Source of the DNA: Eledone cirrhosa
Lineage: Eukaryota
Assembly (NCBI GenBank): GCA_964016885.1
Contig: OZ024740.1
Span: 146,010,001-146,074,000, forward strand
Direction of reading: 5' to 3'
Length of the DNA stretch: 64,000 nt
Position 1 is the first letter of the stretch. Every line of letters begins with the position of its first letter. The translations under genes and the position numbers were made by a program. Shown one piece after another: positions 63,840 through 64,000 of this stretch. The notes beneath the pieces were generated by a model that was not told the origin of the DNA, searched no databases, and saw only the letters and a list, made by a program, of their open reading frames with translations.

Positions 63840-63946
63840 CCCCCCCCCCCCCCCCCCCGGTGTTCGCATAGCTACGTCTTCCTAAAATCGTATTTCTTTC
63901 AAAATACGAAATTTATAAATTTCTTTTACGAACTCTGAAGGTAATT

Positions 63947-64000
63947 CATCATCATCATCATCACCGTTTTACGTCCGTTCTTCCACGCTAGCATGGGTTA
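63947..64000 (-). mobile_element. 3' tail of RTE or RTE-tailed SINE running off the right edge
   Basis: (CAT)n then CGTTTTACGTCCGTTCTTCCACGCTAGCATGGGTTA as at 12845 and 23080. Confidence 0.85.

Noticed and set aside
63271-63885. Two ORFs encoding the same ~70-aa peptide on opposite strands
   Set aside because: By-product of the inverted repeat; no recognisable domain

Overview
AT-rich animal genomic DNA, not prokaryotic. The RTE LINE and SINE repertoire with (ATG/CAT)n tails suggests an octopus or other cephalopod (inference). The backbone is a + strand multi-exon DENND2/ST5-family gene (uDENN-cDENN-dDENN Rab GEF). At least 13 phase-compatible GT-AG exons run from 18759 to 57238, with probable exons at 12322 and 12610 and a candidate 51-nt cassette exon at 25201; neither start nor stop codon is in the window. 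Bases 1-7217 are a 51-bp satellite with higher-order structure. The introns are packed with decayed RTE, CR1, R4 and CRE LINEs, three SINE families, pogo/Tigger, mariner, TTAA MITEs, two non-autonomous Helitrons, an LTR remnant and Penelope-like elements. The most notable signal is a set of short non-coding fold-back elements (62050-62952, 63302-63839, decayed relative 31604-31847) that carry outward-facing minimal type I hammerhead ribozymes, plus further hammerheads at 28247 and 37069. All calls were read by eye, and coordinates of decayed elements are approximate.
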